DNA of 64,000 bases. Source: an uncultured delta proteobacterium (GTDB lineage Bacteria; Desulfobacterota; Binatia; JACPRU01). Positions 12,788 to 25,098 of the stretch are shown here, piece by piece; the first letter of the stretch is position 1, and the number at the start of each line of letters is the position of its first letter. The notes below the pieces were generated by a model. The model was not told the DNA's origin. It saw only the letters and a program-made list of their open reading frames with translations, and did not search any database. A program made the position numbers and the translations under genes. The stretch lies in the NCBI GenBank assembly GCA_963745025.1, contig CAVUWD010000007.1, forward strand, positions 75,091 through 139,090. Reading direction: 5' to 3'.

Positions 12788-15700
12788 ATGAAACGAAGGG
12801 TGCTCGACCAGTTCCAGGATCTGTCGGGCTGGGGCGCCGTCGCGTCGGGCCAGGCTGAGTTGCACATTTCGCAGGACCGAGGGCCCGACGGTGCGGCGAT
12901 GCGCCTCGACTTCGACTTCAAAGGTGGCGGCGGCTTCGTCGTCGCCCGGCACCTCTTTTCTGTGCCGCTTCCCGACGCTTATGCGTTCAGTTTCAACCTT
13001 CGGGGGGCAGCGCCGCGCAACAAGTTCGAGTTCAAGCTGGTCGACCCGACCGGCAAGAACGTGTGGCGCTATCAGCAAGAGGCGTTCGACTTCACGTCCG
13101 ACTGGCAACCGCTACTGATTCGCAGCAGTCAGATCGAGTTCGCTTGGGGACCCGCGGGAGGCGGGCGCATGACGGAAGTTGGAGCGATCGAGTTCGTCAT
13201 CACCGCCGGTCCGGTGGGCAAGGGCACCGTCTGGATCGGCGATCTGCAGTTCGAAGATCGGAGCTTCGCGTCGCAGCCCGTCGTCACGGCATCGAGCGCC
13301 GCGTCCGGCCATGAGCCACGCTGTGCGGTCGATCGACGGCGCGAATCCAGCTGGCGCAGCACACCCTCCGTCGATCCACAGTGGTTGCTCATGGACCTCG
13401 AGGAGGAACACGAATACGGCGGCTTGATCATTGATTGGGATCCGGCAGCGCCGGTGCGCCGCTTTGCGGTGCAGACGTCGAACGACGCAGCCACGTGGAA
13501 GACAGTCTACTCGGCGCAGCGCGCCGCCGTGACGCGGAACTACGTGTATTTGCGCGGCGGCAGCTCGCGCTATATCCGCCTCGATCTCGACGCGGCCGAC
13601 GCGCAGCGGGGCGTCGGCATCGTCAACGCGCAGCTCGAGCCCTACGAGTTCTCGCGCTCCATCAACGAGTTCTTCCACAACGTCGCCGCGGGCGAGCCGC
13701 GCGGGCGCTACCCGAAGTACCTGTGCCGGCAGCAGACGTACTGGTCCCCGGTCGGCATTCCGAACGGCGTCACTCGGGCGCTGCTCAACGAAGAGGGCAT
13801 GGTCGAAGTTGACGAAGGGACGTTCTCGATCGAACCCTTCCTCTGGGTGGATGGCAGGCTGATCACCTGGGCCGATGCGGCGCCGGCGCAGCAGCTAGAG
13901 GACGAGTACCTGCCGATCCCGTCGTCGGTGTGGCGCTGCGATGACGTCCTGCTCAGCATCACCGCCTTTGCGACCGGCAAATCGGATGACGCGGTGCTCT
14001 ATGTACGCTATCGCGTCGAGCACAAGAGTGCCGCCAGCCGCGCGGTGCGCCTGTTCGCCGTGGTGCGCCCGTTCCAGGTGACGCCACCGTGGCAAAGCTT
14101 CCGTACCCTCGGCGGCGTCAGCCCGGTCCGCGACATTGCTTGTCGTCCCAATGCGATCTGGGTCAACCGCAGCAAGGCCGTCATTCCCCTGAGCCGCCCG
14201 AATCGATTCGGAGCGTCACCGTTCGACGAGGGGATCACGGAATGCCTCGAGGCTGGCGAACTGCCGGCGGCGGCCGATGTGCACGATGACTTTGGCTATG
14301 CGTCGGGCGCGCTGTGCTACGACCTGGACATCGTGCCCGGCATTGCCCAGGACGTCTATCTGGCGATCCCGTTCGGTGCACGCGCCGACACCCACGACGC
14401 GCCGCTGCTGCCGGCAGGGATCAGCGGCGCCGAGCAGTTCGATGCCGCCGTGCGCGAGTGGCGGGACACACTGGCAGCAGTGGACATTCGCCTGCCGGCG
14501 GCCCGCGCCGCTATCGACACGCTGAAGACCGCCGCGGCGCACATCCTGATCAATCGCGACGGGCCCGCGTTGCAACCGGGCCCGCGGCGCTACACGCGAT
14601 CCTGGATCCGCGACGGCGCCATCATGGGAGCCGCCTTGTTGCGTGTCGGCTGTCGCGACGCCATGCGCGAGTTCATCCGCTGGTATGCCCCGTATCAGCG
14701 CGATGACGGCTTCGTTCCCTGCTCTGTCGATCGCGACGGGCCGGACTGGCTCGTCGAGCACGACAGCCACGGCCAGCTCGTCTACGCCGTCATGGAGGAT
14801 TTTCGCTTCACCGGCGATCGCGCCTTTCTGGCCGAGATGTGGCCCTCCGTGATCAAGGCGGCCGACTGCATCGAAGGCTTGCGGAACCTGCGGCTGACGC
14901 CGGAGTTTCAGAGCGCGAACAAGCGCGCCTGCTACGGTCTGCTGCCCGAGTCGGCCAGCCACGAAGGGTATCTGGCGCATCCGGTGCACTCGTACTGGGA
15001 CGACTTCTGGGCATTGCGCGGCCTCAAGGATGCCGCGGCCATGGCCGAGATCCTGGGTGATCCGGTGCAAGCACGGCGGCTCGCTGCCCTGCGCGACGAC
15101 CTCGCAGCAACCTTGTATGCCTCGATTCGCACCACCATCGCCACGCGGCAGCTGAACTATATTCCGGGGTCTGTCGAGTGGGCCGATTTCGACCCGACGG
15201 CCACGGCCAACGCCATCGCCATGCTCGACGAGTCGGCGAACCTGCCGGCGGACGCCGTCAATTGGATGTTCGAGGAGTACTTAGCTGGTGTCCGGAAGAA
15301 GCGCGCCGGCGAGGTCGATTGGGCGAACTACACGGCCTACGAGATTCGCATCATCGGCGCGCTGGTGCGTCTCGGCAAGCGGCAGAGCGCCCTGGAGCTG
15401 CTCGACTTCTTCCTCTCCGACCGCCGCCCCCTGCCGTGGAATCAATGGCCCGAGATTTCATGGCGTGATCCGACGAGTCCCGGTCACCTTGGCGACGTGC
15501 CGCACACATGGATCGGTGCAGAATACATCCTGTCGCTTTTGAGCATGTTCGCCTTCGAGCGCGAGGCCGATCAGTCGCTGGTCATCGGTGCGGGCTTGCG
15601 GTCCGAGTGGTTGAACGCCGCCGGTGCAGTGCAGGTGCGCGGCCTCCCGACGTGGTATGGGGCAGTGAACTTCACGCTGCAACGCGAGAGCACGGGGAGC

Positions 15701-15871
15701 CTGCGGTTGCAGCTCGACGGCGACCTCACCATGCCCCGCGGCAAGATCGTCGCTCGCCCCCCACTCGATAGGGCGCTGCAAGAGGTGCTCGTGAACGGCA
15801 AGCCGACGCGCAACTTCACGGCCGATGAGGTCGTGATCGACGAGCTCCCCGCCGACGTCGTGATGCGGTAG
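12788..15871 (+). CDS. Multidomain putative glycoside hydrolase: beta-sandwich + F5/8 type C (discoidin) + six-hairpin barrel
   Basis: Discoidin segment (AVDRRRESSWRS, QWLLMDL, TSNDAATWKTV); barrel motifs YTRSWIRDGA, EHDSHGQ, LLPESASHEGY, SYWDDFWALRG, GDVPHTW. Confidence 0.75.
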   Translation: MKRRVLDQFQDLSGWGAVASGQAELHISQDRGPDGAAMRLDFDFKGGGGFVVARHLFSVPLPDAYAFSFNLRGAAPRNKFEFKLVDPTGKNVWRYQQEAFDFTSDWQPLLIRSSQIEFAWGPAGGGRMTEVGAIEFVITAGPVGKGTVWIGDLQFEDRSFASQPVVTASSAASGHEPRCAVDRRRESSWRSTPSVDPQWLLMDLEEEHEYGGLIIDWDPAAPVRRFAVQTSNDAATWKTVYSAQRAAVTRNYVYLRGGSSRYIRLDLDAADAQRGVGIVNAQLEPYEFSRSINEFFHNVAAGEPRGRYPKYLCRQQTYWSPVGIPNGVTRALLNEEGMVEVDEGTFSIEPFLWVDGRLITWADAAPAQQLEDEYLPIPSSVWRCDDVLLSITAFATGKSDDAVLYVRYRVEHKSAASRAVRLFAVVRPFQVTPPWQSFRTLGGVSPVRDIACRPNAIWVNRSKAVIPLSRPNRFGASPFDEGITECLEAGELPAAADVHDDFGYASGALCYDLDIVPGIAQDVYLAIPFGARADTHDAPLLPAGISGAEQFDAAVREWRDTLAAVDIRLPAARAAIDTLKTAAAHILINRDGPALQPGPRRYTRSWIRDGAIMGAALLRVGCRDAMREFIRWYAPYQRDDGFVPCSVDRDGPDWLVEHDSHGQLVYAVMEDFRFTGDRAFLAEMWPSVIKAADCIEGLRNLRLTPEFQSANKRACYGLLPESASHEGYLAHPVHSYWDDFWALRGLKDAAAMAEILGDPVQARRLAALRDDLAATLYASIRTTIATRQLNYIPGSVEWADFDPTATANAIAMLDESANLPADAVNWMFEEYLAGVRKKRAGEVDWANYTAYEIRIIGALVRLGKRQSALELLDFFLSDRRPLPWNQWPEISWRDPTSPGHLGDVPHTWIGAEYILSLLSMFAFEREADQSLVIGAGLRSEWLNAAGAVQVRGLPTWYGAVNFTLQRESTGSLRLQLDGDLTMPRGKIVARPPLDRALQEVLVNGKPTRNFTADEVVIDELPADVVMR

Positions 15872-15928
15872 CATCCCCTCGCCGGGAACGGCGATCTGCC
15901 GACACGGCCCCGACCTCGGAGGAACGCG

Positions 15929-18900
15929 ATGACGTCTCAGATTTTTCCGGCCCATGTGGAGAGCCCGTCGGGCCTCAGCGTGCAGGTGAGCGCGAACGGC
16001 TCGGTCCGCCGCATGGATCACGGCGACATCATTCTCAACCTGTTCCTGGGAACCGAGATCGAGGGTGGCCCGGCCAACATCTACCTCCGCCGGCACGACG
16101 CCTCGATCGAGTCGATCCCGCTGCTGGGCCCCCGCAGTCCCGCGGCCGTGCGTGTCGACGAGCGCGGTCTCCGCCTCGACGGTGAGTGGAAGCACGTGCG
16201 CTTCCATGTCGCGCTCGTCCTGGCACAGTCGACGGCCGCGTGGCTGTGGCATGTGACGCTGGAGAATACGGGGGACACCGCCGCCTCGGTTGATCTCATC
16301 TACGCGCAGGATCTGGCCCTCGCGCACTACGGGGCCGTGCGCATGAACGAGTACTACGTCAGCCAGTACATCGACTACACACCACTGACCCATGCGCGCT
16401 GCGGCACCGTGCTCGCCGTCCGCCAGAACCTGTCGATGGGCGGGCGTTACCCGTGGGCGGTGATCGGTTCGCTGGGGCACGCTGTCAGCTTCGCCACCGA
16501 CGCATTGCAGTTCCATGGCGTAGCCGCGCGTGCCGGTGCGGTCGCCGAAGGACTGCAGGCCGCAGTGCTCCCGGGGACGCGGCAGCAACATGAGCACTCG
16601 ATGGCGGTGATCCAGGACGCCCAAGTGCGTCTCGACCCGGGCGCAAGGCTGCAGCGCGGCTTCTTCGGATGGTTCGAGGCGGACCATCCCGCCGCGTCAT
16701 CGCCCGCCGACCTCACGTTCGTCGACCAGGCATTGACGCTGCCGGAGGCCACGACTGCACCGGTGGCTGCATCGGACACGCTGTTCAGCGCCCGTCCGAT
16801 CCTCGCCAGCCTTGATCTGAGCGACAGCGACATCGCCGGCGCGTTCGGGAAAGACTTGCGCGAGGTGGAGCGCGACAACGGCGGCGTCTTGTCGTTCTTC
16901 GCCGGCGCCAATCGGCATGTGGTGCTCAAGGCCAAGGAGCTGCAGGTCCTGCGTCCCCACGGCCACCTGATTCGCAGCGGCGATCACCTGGTGCCGGACG
17001 AGGCGTCACTGACCTCCACGACGTGGATGGCGGGTGTGTTCCACTCGCTGCTGACGCAGGGGCATGTGAGCATCAACCGCCTGCTGTCGACCGCGCGGAG
17101 CTACCTGGGACTGCTGCGCTCCGGTGGCCAGCGCATCTTCGTCGAGTTGGAGGACGGCTACCACCTGCTCGACGTCCCGTCAGCCTACGAGATGGCCCCG
17201 AACGGCTGTCGCTGGCTCTACAAGCACCGCGGCGGCGTGATCCAGGTGTGCAGCTGGGCCCCGGTCGATCATCACGCGCTGCACCTGTCGATCGAGGTGC
17301 TTGCGGGGGCGCCCTGCCGTTTCCTCATTGCGCATCACGTCGCGATCAACGGTGACGATGGCGCCGACGCGATCCCCGTCCACTTCACCCAGGATGGCGA
17401 TGGCGTCGTCATCCACCCGCCGGCCGATTCCGACGTCGGGCGCCGCTTCCCGCAGGGCTTCTACCGCATCGATGTGGGGGAGAGGGCGACCGTCGAGCGC
17501 GTTGGGGGTGACGAGTTGCTCTTCGTCGACGGACGATCACGGCGCCAACCGTTCCTTACCGTGGTGACGACGAAGACCGCGTCCATACAGGTGCGGATCA
17601 CGGGCCACTTGCTCCCCGTCGCGGATCTCCCCGGCCCCGGTCGCACGCCGCAATACGTAGCGGAGCAGGGCGCCGCCGAGCGGTTTTGGAACGGCCTGCT
17701 GGGGCCGCTGGTGCTGCGCCCGGCCAGTGAGGGCGATGCCGCCGATGGGGTTGAGCGACTGCAGGAAATCGTCCCCTGGTTTGCGCACAACGCCATGATT
17801 CACTACCTCGCCCCGCGCGGACTGGAGCAGTACTCCGGCGGCGGTTGGGGCACGCGCGACGTCTGCCAAGGTCCGGTCGAACTGCTGCTGGCGCTCGGCA
17901 CATGGGCCCCGCTGCGCGATCTACTGCTGCGGGTGTTCCGGGCACAGAACCCCGACGGCGACTGGCCGCAATGGTTCATGTTCTTCGAGCGCGAGCGCAG
18001 CATTCGACCGTCCGATTCGCACGGCGACATTATTTTCTGGCCGCTGCTGGCGCTGGCCCAGTACATCATTGCAACGGACGACGTCTCGCTCCTCGACGAA
18101 GTGGTGCCCTTTTTTCATCCGCAGGGCGACGATCAGGCGGAGCAGGCGACCATCTGGGCGCACCTCGAACGCGCCCTCTCGGCGATCGCCGGGCGCCTCA
18201 TCCCGGGGACGCAGCTGGTGGCCTATGGCCACGGCGACTGGAACGACTCGCTGCAGCCGGTCGACCCGGCCATGTGCGAGCGGCTGTGCAGTGCCTGGAC
18301 CGTCACCCTGCACTACCAGACGCTCACCACTCTTGCGGCGGCCTTGCAACGCATCGGTCGCGCCGCCGCGGCACAGCCGTTCACGGAGCAGGCGCAGCGC
18401 ATCCGCGAGGACTTCCAGCGGCTGTTGGTCGTCGATGGGACGCTCACGGGCTACGCGTATTTCCATGAAGACGGACGCATCGATTACCTGCTGCACCCAG
18501 GCGATCAGACCACCGGCATCCGGTTCAGCCTGCTCCCGATGATCCACGCCATCATCAACGGCCTGCTGACGGTAGAGCAGGCACGCATGCATGTGGGACA
18601 CATCAAGGGGCATCTGCTCGCGGTTGACGGGGCGCGCATGTTCGATCGTCCGTTCGACTATCACGGCGGCCCACAGCGCTACTTCCAGCGCGCCGAGAGC
18701 AGCACGTACTTCGGCCGGGAGATCGGCATCATGTACACGCACGCCCACTTGCGGTACGCCGAGGCGATGGCACGCTACGGCGATGCCGACGCCTTGTTTC
18801 TGGCGTTGCGCCAGGCAAACCCGTGCGACGTGCGGGCGGTCGTGTCCCCGGCGCGGCGGCGGCAGGCGAACTGCTACTACTCCAGCTCGGACGCGCAGTT

Positions 18901-19312
18901 CGCGGATCGGTACGAGGCCCTGGCGGCATACGCGAAAGTGCACACCGGCGAGGTTGCGTTCGAGGGCGGCTGGCGCGTGTATTCGAGTGGCGCGGGCATC
19001 GCGGTGCGCCTGATCCACGAGTGCTTGCTCGGCATCCGCAAGACGGCAGCCGTTCTCGTCATCGACCCGGTGATTCCCAAGGCGCTCGACGGGTTGTGCG
19101 CCGACATCGAGCTTGCCGGCAAGCCGGTGCAGGTGGTGTACCAGGTTGCCGCACTGGGCTTCGGCCCCACGGCGCTCACGCTCAACGGCACCGCGTTGCC
19201 GTTCGAGCGTGAGGAAAATCCGTATCGTACGGGTGGTGCGGCGGTGCCGATGGCGGTGCTGCGCCAGCTGCTCAGCGCCGCGGCCAACACATTGGAGGTG
19301 CAGCTGCAGTGA
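15929..19312 (+). CDS. GH94 phosphorylase, 1,2-beta-oligoglucan phosphorylase-like
   Basis: GLEQYSGGGWGTRDVCQGP, WPQWFMF, SHGDIIFWPL, YGHGDWNDSLQP, FGREIGIMYTHAH, YYSSSD, GWRVYSSG. Confidence 0.85.
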   Translation: MTSQIFPAHVESPSGLSVQVSANGSVRRMDHGDIILNLFLGTEIEGGPANIYLRRHDASIESIPLLGPRSPAAVRVDERGLRLDGEWKHVRFHVALVLAQSTAAWLWHVTLENTGDTAASVDLIYAQDLALAHYGAVRMNEYYVSQYIDYTPLTHARCGTVLAVRQNLSMGGRYPWAVIGSLGHAVSFATDALQFHGVAARAGAVAEGLQAAVLPGTRQQHEHSMAVIQDAQVRLDPGARLQRGFFGWFEADHPAASSPADLTFVDQALTLPEATTAPVAASDTLFSARPILASLDLSDSDIAGAFGKDLREVERDNGGVLSFFAGANRHVVLKAKELQVLRPHGHLIRSGDHLVPDEASLTSTTWMAGVFHSLLTQGHVSINRLLSTARSYLGLLRSGGQRIFVELEDGYHLLDVPSAYEMAPNGCRWLYKHRGGVIQVCSWAPVDHHALHLSIEVLAGAPCRFLIAHHVAINGDDGADAIPVHFTQDGDGVVIHPPADSDVGRRFPQGFYRIDVGERATVERVGGDELLFVDGRSRRQPFLTVVTTKTASIQVRITGHLLPVADLPGPGRTPQYVAEQGAAERFWNGLLGPLVLRPASEGDAADGVERLQEIVPWFAHNAMIHYLAPRGLEQYSGGGWGTRDVCQGPVELLLALGTWAPLRDLLLRVFRAQNPDGDWPQWFMFFERERSIRPSDSHGDIIFWPLLALAQYIIATDDVSLLDEVVPFFHPQGDDQAEQATIWAHLERALSAIAGRLIPGTQLVAYGHGDWNDSLQPVDPAMCERLCSAWTVTLHYQTLTTLAAALQRIGRAAAAQPFTEQAQRIREDFQRLLVVDGTLTGYAYFHEDGRIDYLLHPGDQTTGIRFSLLPMIHAIINGLLTVEQARMHVGHIKGHLLAVDGARMFDRPFDYHGGPQRYFQRAESSTYFGREIGIMYTHAHLRYAEAMARYGDADALFLALRQANPCDVRAVVSPARRRQANCYYSSSDAQFADRYEALAAYAKVHTGEVAFEGGWRVYSSGAGIAVRLIHECLLGIRKTAAVLVIDPVIPKALDGLCADIELAGKPVQVVYQVAALGFGPTALTLNGTALPFEREENPYRTGGAAVPMAVLRQLLSAAANTLEVQLQ

Positions 19313-19434
19313 GCCTGGGCATTACGGAGCAGGCCGAGGGATAGTGTGCTCACGCGGAGGGCGGGGTGCGGCGGACGATGCGGACATGGGAGGTGAACTG
19401 CTTTGCGGCGCACAGGAGGAGGCGCAAGCGCTCG

Positions 19435-19875
19435 TCAGCAGGGCGCTGGCGGCAGCCATGGGATGAACGAGTGCCGGTCGGCATGGCTGAATTTGGCTCC
19501 GACGAATGCCCGCACGAGGTCCCAGGCTACGGCCGGTCCCACGGTACGGCCGCCCATACAGATGACGTTCATGTCGTCATCTTCGACTCCTTGCACGGCC
19601 GAGAAGTGGTCGTGAATGATCGCCGCACGGATGCCTGGAACCTTGTTGGCGCACACTGACGCGCCGACGCCGCTGCCGCAGATCGCGACGCCGCGCTCTA
19701 CCTGCCCCGCCGCAACAGCCCGGGCGAAAGGAATGACAAAATCGGGATAGTCGTCGTCTGGATTCAAGGCATGGGCGCCGAAATCGATCACCTCATGCTC
19801 CGCCGCGCGCAGGTGTGCGACGAACTCCTCTTTCAAACCGAATCCGCCGTGGTCGGTGGCGATTCCCACACGCAT
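19435..19875 (-). CDS. rpiB: Ribose-5-phosphate isomerase B; C-terminus replaced after DRH (possibly truncated)
   Basis: ATDHGGFGLK, DDYPD, ICGSGVG, ANKVPGIRA, DDMNVICMGGR; the usual RHxRR tail is missing. Confidence 0.85.
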   Translation of the reverse strand: MRVGIATDHGGFGLKEEFVAHLRAAEHEVIDFGAHALNPDDDYPDFVIPFARAVAAGQVERGVAICGSGVGASVCANKVPGIRAAIIHDHFSAVQGVEDDDMNVICMGGRTVGPAVAWDLVRAFVGAKFSHADRHSFIPWLPPAPC

Positions 19876-19884
19876 ATCTTTCTC

Positions 19885-20598
19885 CTATTTTCTCTCATCT
19901 CGGTTCTGTCCGGGTCTTTCCGCCGCCGCACGGTCCGCGAGCACCAGAGCGTGGTCTTGACGCACTCGCCCGGCCGGAATCGATCCATCAGCCGCGCGCA
20001 GACGGGGCAACATGGCGACTTTGTCCGCCCCGGTCACCAACCAGAGAATGCGCCGCGAGCGATTGAGCATCGGATACGTCAAGGTCATGCGGCGCCGTTT
20101 CATGTAGACACCGGTCAGCGCGACATCCCGGTCGACGACGCTCAGCACGGGATCGTTGGGGATCAGAGACGCCGTGTGGCCGTCCGGCCCGAGCCCGAGA
20201 TGCGCGAGGTCGAGCACCGGCGGTGTGCCGGCAATCGTTCCGAGTGTGCGCGCGTAGCTCCGGGCGGCGGCTTCGAGATCGGCGTCTTCGACCGGCATGG
20301 CGTGGATGTGCTCCGGCGGCAGCGGCGCGTGTTCCAGCAAGCTCTCGCGCAAGTGGGTGAGGTTACGGTCCGGATCGCCGGCGGGGGCGACGCGTTCGTC
20401 CACCTGGACCACGTGCACACCTGCCCACGGCACGTCCTCGCCAGCGAGCGCACGCAGCATGACCCACGGCGTACGGCCGCCGCTGACCGCCACGATGAAC
20501 CGCCCGCGCGCTGCCACGGCCGTACGGGCCTCGGCGGCAATCACTCTGGCGGCTTCCCTGGCGACGGCATCGGCGTCGGGGAGGATTCGAGTCTCCAC
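19885..20598 (-). CDS. pgl: 6-phosphogluconolactonase
   Basis: VSGGRTP, VDERVAP, LGLGPDGHTASL, RRMTLTYP, VTGADK. Confidence 0.9.
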   Translation of the reverse strand: METRILPDADAVAREAARVIAAEARTAVAARGRFIVAVSGGRTPWVMLRALAGEDVPWAGVHVVQVDERVAPAGDPDRNLTHLRESLLEHAPLPPEHIHAMPVEDADLEAAARSYARTLGTIAGTPPVLDLAHLGLGPDGHTASLIPNDPVLSVVDRDVALTGVYMKRRRMTLTYPMLNRSRRILWLVTGADKVAMLPRLRAADGSIPAGRVRQDHALVLADRAAAERPGQNRDERK

Positions 20599-20621
20599 GT
20601 GGTGTCTCCTGTCAGATCGTT

Positions 20622-20807
20622 TCAACCCCGGCCCTCATCACTCAACACTTTCTCAAAACACCACCTGGCCGCGAAAACCGACGACCGTTGCGTTGTCGAC
20701 GAAGCTCCCGGCGCTGGGACCTCGGATCTCGATGGGAAAATCTTCTTGTAGGCCAGGTCGCCTGTGGCTCCGAAGAAGACGAGGGCCTCAGAACGGGAAG
20801 CGTTCAT
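20622..20807 (-). pseudogene. zwf: Glucose-6-phosphate dehydrogenase N-terminal stub joined to a porin-like C-terminal tip
   Basis: MNASRSEALVFFGATGDLAYKKIFPS (26 aa) and then homology ends; another frame gives DNATVVGFRGQVVF*. Confidence 0.75.
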
Positions 20808-20816
20808 GGGGGCTCC

Positions 20817-21842
20817 TCACTTCCGGGGCTTTTCGACGTGCCCGCCAAATTGATAGCGCATCGCCGAGAGCAGCTTGTCCTGATAATCCGACTCACCGCG
20901 CGAATTGAAGCGTTGATAGAGCGCGGTGGAGAGCACCGGCACCGGCACGGCCTCGTCGATGGCCGCCTTGATCGTCCAGCGCCCTTCGCCGGAATCGGAC
21001 ACGCGACCACCGAACTGTTTCAGATCTGGGTCTTCGACCAGTGCCGCGGCCGTCAGGTCGAGCAGCCAAGACGCCACGACACTGCCGCGCCGCCACACCT
21101 CGGTGATGTCGCGCAGGTTGAAGTCATACTGATACTGCTCGGGGTCACGAAGTGGCGTCGTCTCCGCATCCACCTCGTGTTCCCGCTTGCCGATGTTGGC
21201 ACCGCGCAGAATTCCGAGCCCTTCGGCGTATGCCGCCATGAGCCCGTACTCGATGCCGTTGTGCACCATCTTGACGAAGTGCCCGCCGCCGTTCGGCCCG
21301 CAGTGCAAGTACCCTTGCTCCGCCGTGCCGCCGATCTTCTCGCGGCCGGGGGTGCGGGGAACTTCATCACCGCGGCCGGGCGCGAGCGTGACGAAAATCG
21401 GGTCGAGATGCTTCACGACCTCCGGCTCGCCGCCGATCATCATGCAATAGCCGCGCTCCAAGCCCCACACGCCACCGCTGGTGCCGACGTCGACGTAATG
21501 AACTTTCTTCGCGGCGAGCTCCTTCGCGCGACGGATGTCGTCCACGTAGTGCGAGTTGCCCCCGTCGATCAGGATGTCTCCCTTCTCGAGGAGAGGCAGG
21601 AGATCGGCGATCGAGCCGTCCACGACGGCCGCCGGCACCATCAGCCACACCGCGCGTGGCTTCTGCAATTTCTTCACCAGATCGGCGAGCGACGCCGCGC
21701 CGACCGCCTTTTCTTTCACCAAGTCGTTCACTGCCTGCTTTGAGCGATCATAGACCACGCATTGATGACCATTCCTGACCAAACGACGAACCATGTTGGC
21801 ACCCATTCTCCCCAGTCCGATCATGCCGAGTTGCATTGTCAT
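20817..21842 (-). CDS. gnd: 6-phosphogluconate dehydrogenase (decarboxylating, short YqeC/GntZ type)
   Basis: [57 protein letters not shown]. Confidence 0.93.
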   Translation of the reverse strand: MTMQLGMIGLGRMGANMVRRLVRNGHQCVVYDRSKQAVNDLVKEKAVGAASLADLVKKLQKPRAVWLMVPAAVVDGSIADLLPLLEKGDILIDGGNSHYVDDIRRAKELAAKKVHYVDVGTSGGVWGLERGYCMMIGGEPEVVKHLDPIFVTLAPGRGDEVPRTPGREKIGGTAEQGYLHCGPNGGGHFVKMVHNGIEYGLMAAYAEGLGILRGANIGKREHEVDAETTPLRDPEQYQYDFNLRDITEVWRRGSVVASWLLDLTAAALVEDPDLKQFGGRVSDSGEGRWTIKAAIDEAVPVPVLSTALYQRFNSRGESDYQDKLLSAMRYQFGGHVEKPRK

Positions 21843-21886
21843 GCTCCTTCCATTTGGTTGTTTGTTTAATCGAGGTGCCGTGTTGT

Positions 21887-22191
21887 TCATGAGTGGTTAA
21901 TGATGCAGCCGACCTTGTCTCGACCACCGCGACGCGCGGCGGCCACGATCTTCTCGCAGTCCTGCCGGCGGTCCAGCCCCTCGATCTTCCACACGCCCGG
22001 CTCGACGCCGGCCTCCTGCAGTTGCTGGATCGTCTGCACCATCAGTCGTAGATCACGTGTTTGACTGCCGCGATCTCGGCGGTCTGTGCGGCAGTCAGAT
22101 CGCCGTGCCAGCCCAACATCTTCGTCTGGAACGAGCCGCGGTGATCGGACGGCAGAATGTACAGTCGCTGGTCGAAGCCGGTGGTCTTCAT
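21887..22191 (-). pseudogene. DUF2090 (IolC C-terminal-like) relic with internal deletion and truncation
   Basis: [28 protein letters not shown] joined to QLQEAGVEPGVWKIEGLDRRQDC...GCII. Confidence 0.65.
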
Positions 22192-22201
22192 GCCGCACCG
22201 T

Positions 22202-23825
<1,624 letters not shown>

Positions 23826-23829
<4 letters not shown>

Positions 23830-24191
23830 GATTTCTCTGCTTCCCTTTCCCAAAGTCGGAAGCCGCCGGGGAACGCGTTGGCGTTCTCGCCCAGCCGGCA
23901 GCCGAGCGGCAGCCTCGTCAGCTTCTTGGCGTTGCCTCCACCGAGCACGACCTCGTCGAGCAGGAGCGCGGAGACGAATCGCTTCGTGACTGCCGCGACG
24001 CGCTTCTGCCATTTCTTTCTTCCCAGCCTCTTGAACCCGCGAATTCCGAGATCGTCCTCGAACGTCTTCTTGCCGACCACGGAGAACTCGTCGATATAGC
24101 GCTTCAGCGTCCCGCTATCGATGAGATCGCGTGTGATGTTGTCGAGCCAGAGACTCTGGCCCAGGTCGTGTAACAGCTTCGTCGCTTTCAT
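23826..24191 (-). pseudogene. In-frame chimera: transaldolase N-terminus fused to the C-terminus of a ROK/polyphosphate glucokinase
   Basis: MKATKLLHDLGQSLWLDNITR...FSVVG|[12 protein letters not shown]...[12 protein letters not shown]...[14 protein letters not shown]. Confidence 0.75.
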
Positions 24192-24268
24192 CGGGTCACC
24201 TTTCTCTTCCGCATGATTTCGAATCGCGGCCGAGGAGCGGCGCGGGCCTTTCGTGGCGCATGACTGGT

Positions 24269-24868
24269 TCAGTCCCCGACATGGTGATCGTCGTTCCAGA
24301 GCCGAATCACTGGCCGCGACAGGTCGTGCTCGTAGCCCACCGCGCTGAGGCTTGCCGTGGTCAGCATGAAATGTCTGCCGGGGGCCGAGGGGTCGGCTCC
24401 CAGCCAGCGCGCGGCCAGCACGCGGATGAAATGCCCGCTGGAAAACACCAGCGCGTTGCCCGCCACGGCGCGCAAACGGCTCACGACCCGATCCGCCCGC
24501 GCGCCGACCTGTGCCACCGATTCGCCGCCCGGGCACCCATCGCGAAAGAGTTGCCAGCCGGGTCGCTCCTTGAGGATGTCGGCGCTGGTTCGGCCCTCGT
24601 ATTGACCGTAGTCCCACTCGACGAGATCACGGTCCACTTCGGCGACCGCGCCAAAGCCGGCGAGTTCACAGGTTCGCCGCGCGCGCTGGAGCGGGCTGGT
24701 GAACACCTTGGCGAAGGTCAGGCCTTTGAGTCGCTCGCCCAAGCGTCGGGCGTTGCGTTCCCCGCGCTCGGTCAGGGGCAAGTCCGTCAGGCCCGTATGC
24801 TGGCCCGTGAGGGTCCACGGCGTTTCGCCATGGCGCGCGAGATACACGATGGGCAGCGAGTCACTCAT
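24269..24868 (-). CDS. Histidine phosphatase family protein
   Basis: LARHGETPW, SPLQRARRT, EWDYGQYEG, SSGHFIR. Confidence 0.9.
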   Translation of the reverse strand: MSDSLPIVYLARHGETPWTLTGQHTGLTDLPLTERGERNARRLGERLKGLTFAKVFTSPLQRARRTCELAGFGAVAEVDRDLVEWDYGQYEGRTSADILKERPGWQLFRDGCPGGESVAQVGARADRVVSRLRAVAGNALVFSSGHFIRVLAARWLGADPSAPGRHFMLTTASLSAVGYEHDLSRPVIRLWNDDHHVGD

Positions 24869-25004
24869 GCGTTTGCCCCTCCGGGCCCAGCGGGCTTCTT
24901 CCCGCCGGTTTCAGCCTCTCTGGGTTGGCGGCCGAGCCGCACAACGCGGCGAGCAGTGTGGCTTCCATTTTCATTGTGTGTCCGCGGTTGGCTCGGGGTA
25001 AAAG

Positions 25005-25098
25005 TCGCTCAAGACCCAGTGGATGGCATCGAGCAGGGCCCGGTCATCCACGGGTTTGGAGTTACCACGTATTCGAGATGACCGCACTGTGACTCATG
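25005..25098 (-). pseudogene. Response-regulator receiver C-terminal remnant
   Basis: Minus frame KPVDDRALLDAIHWVLS matches the KP + final helix of receiver domains. Confidence 0.5.
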
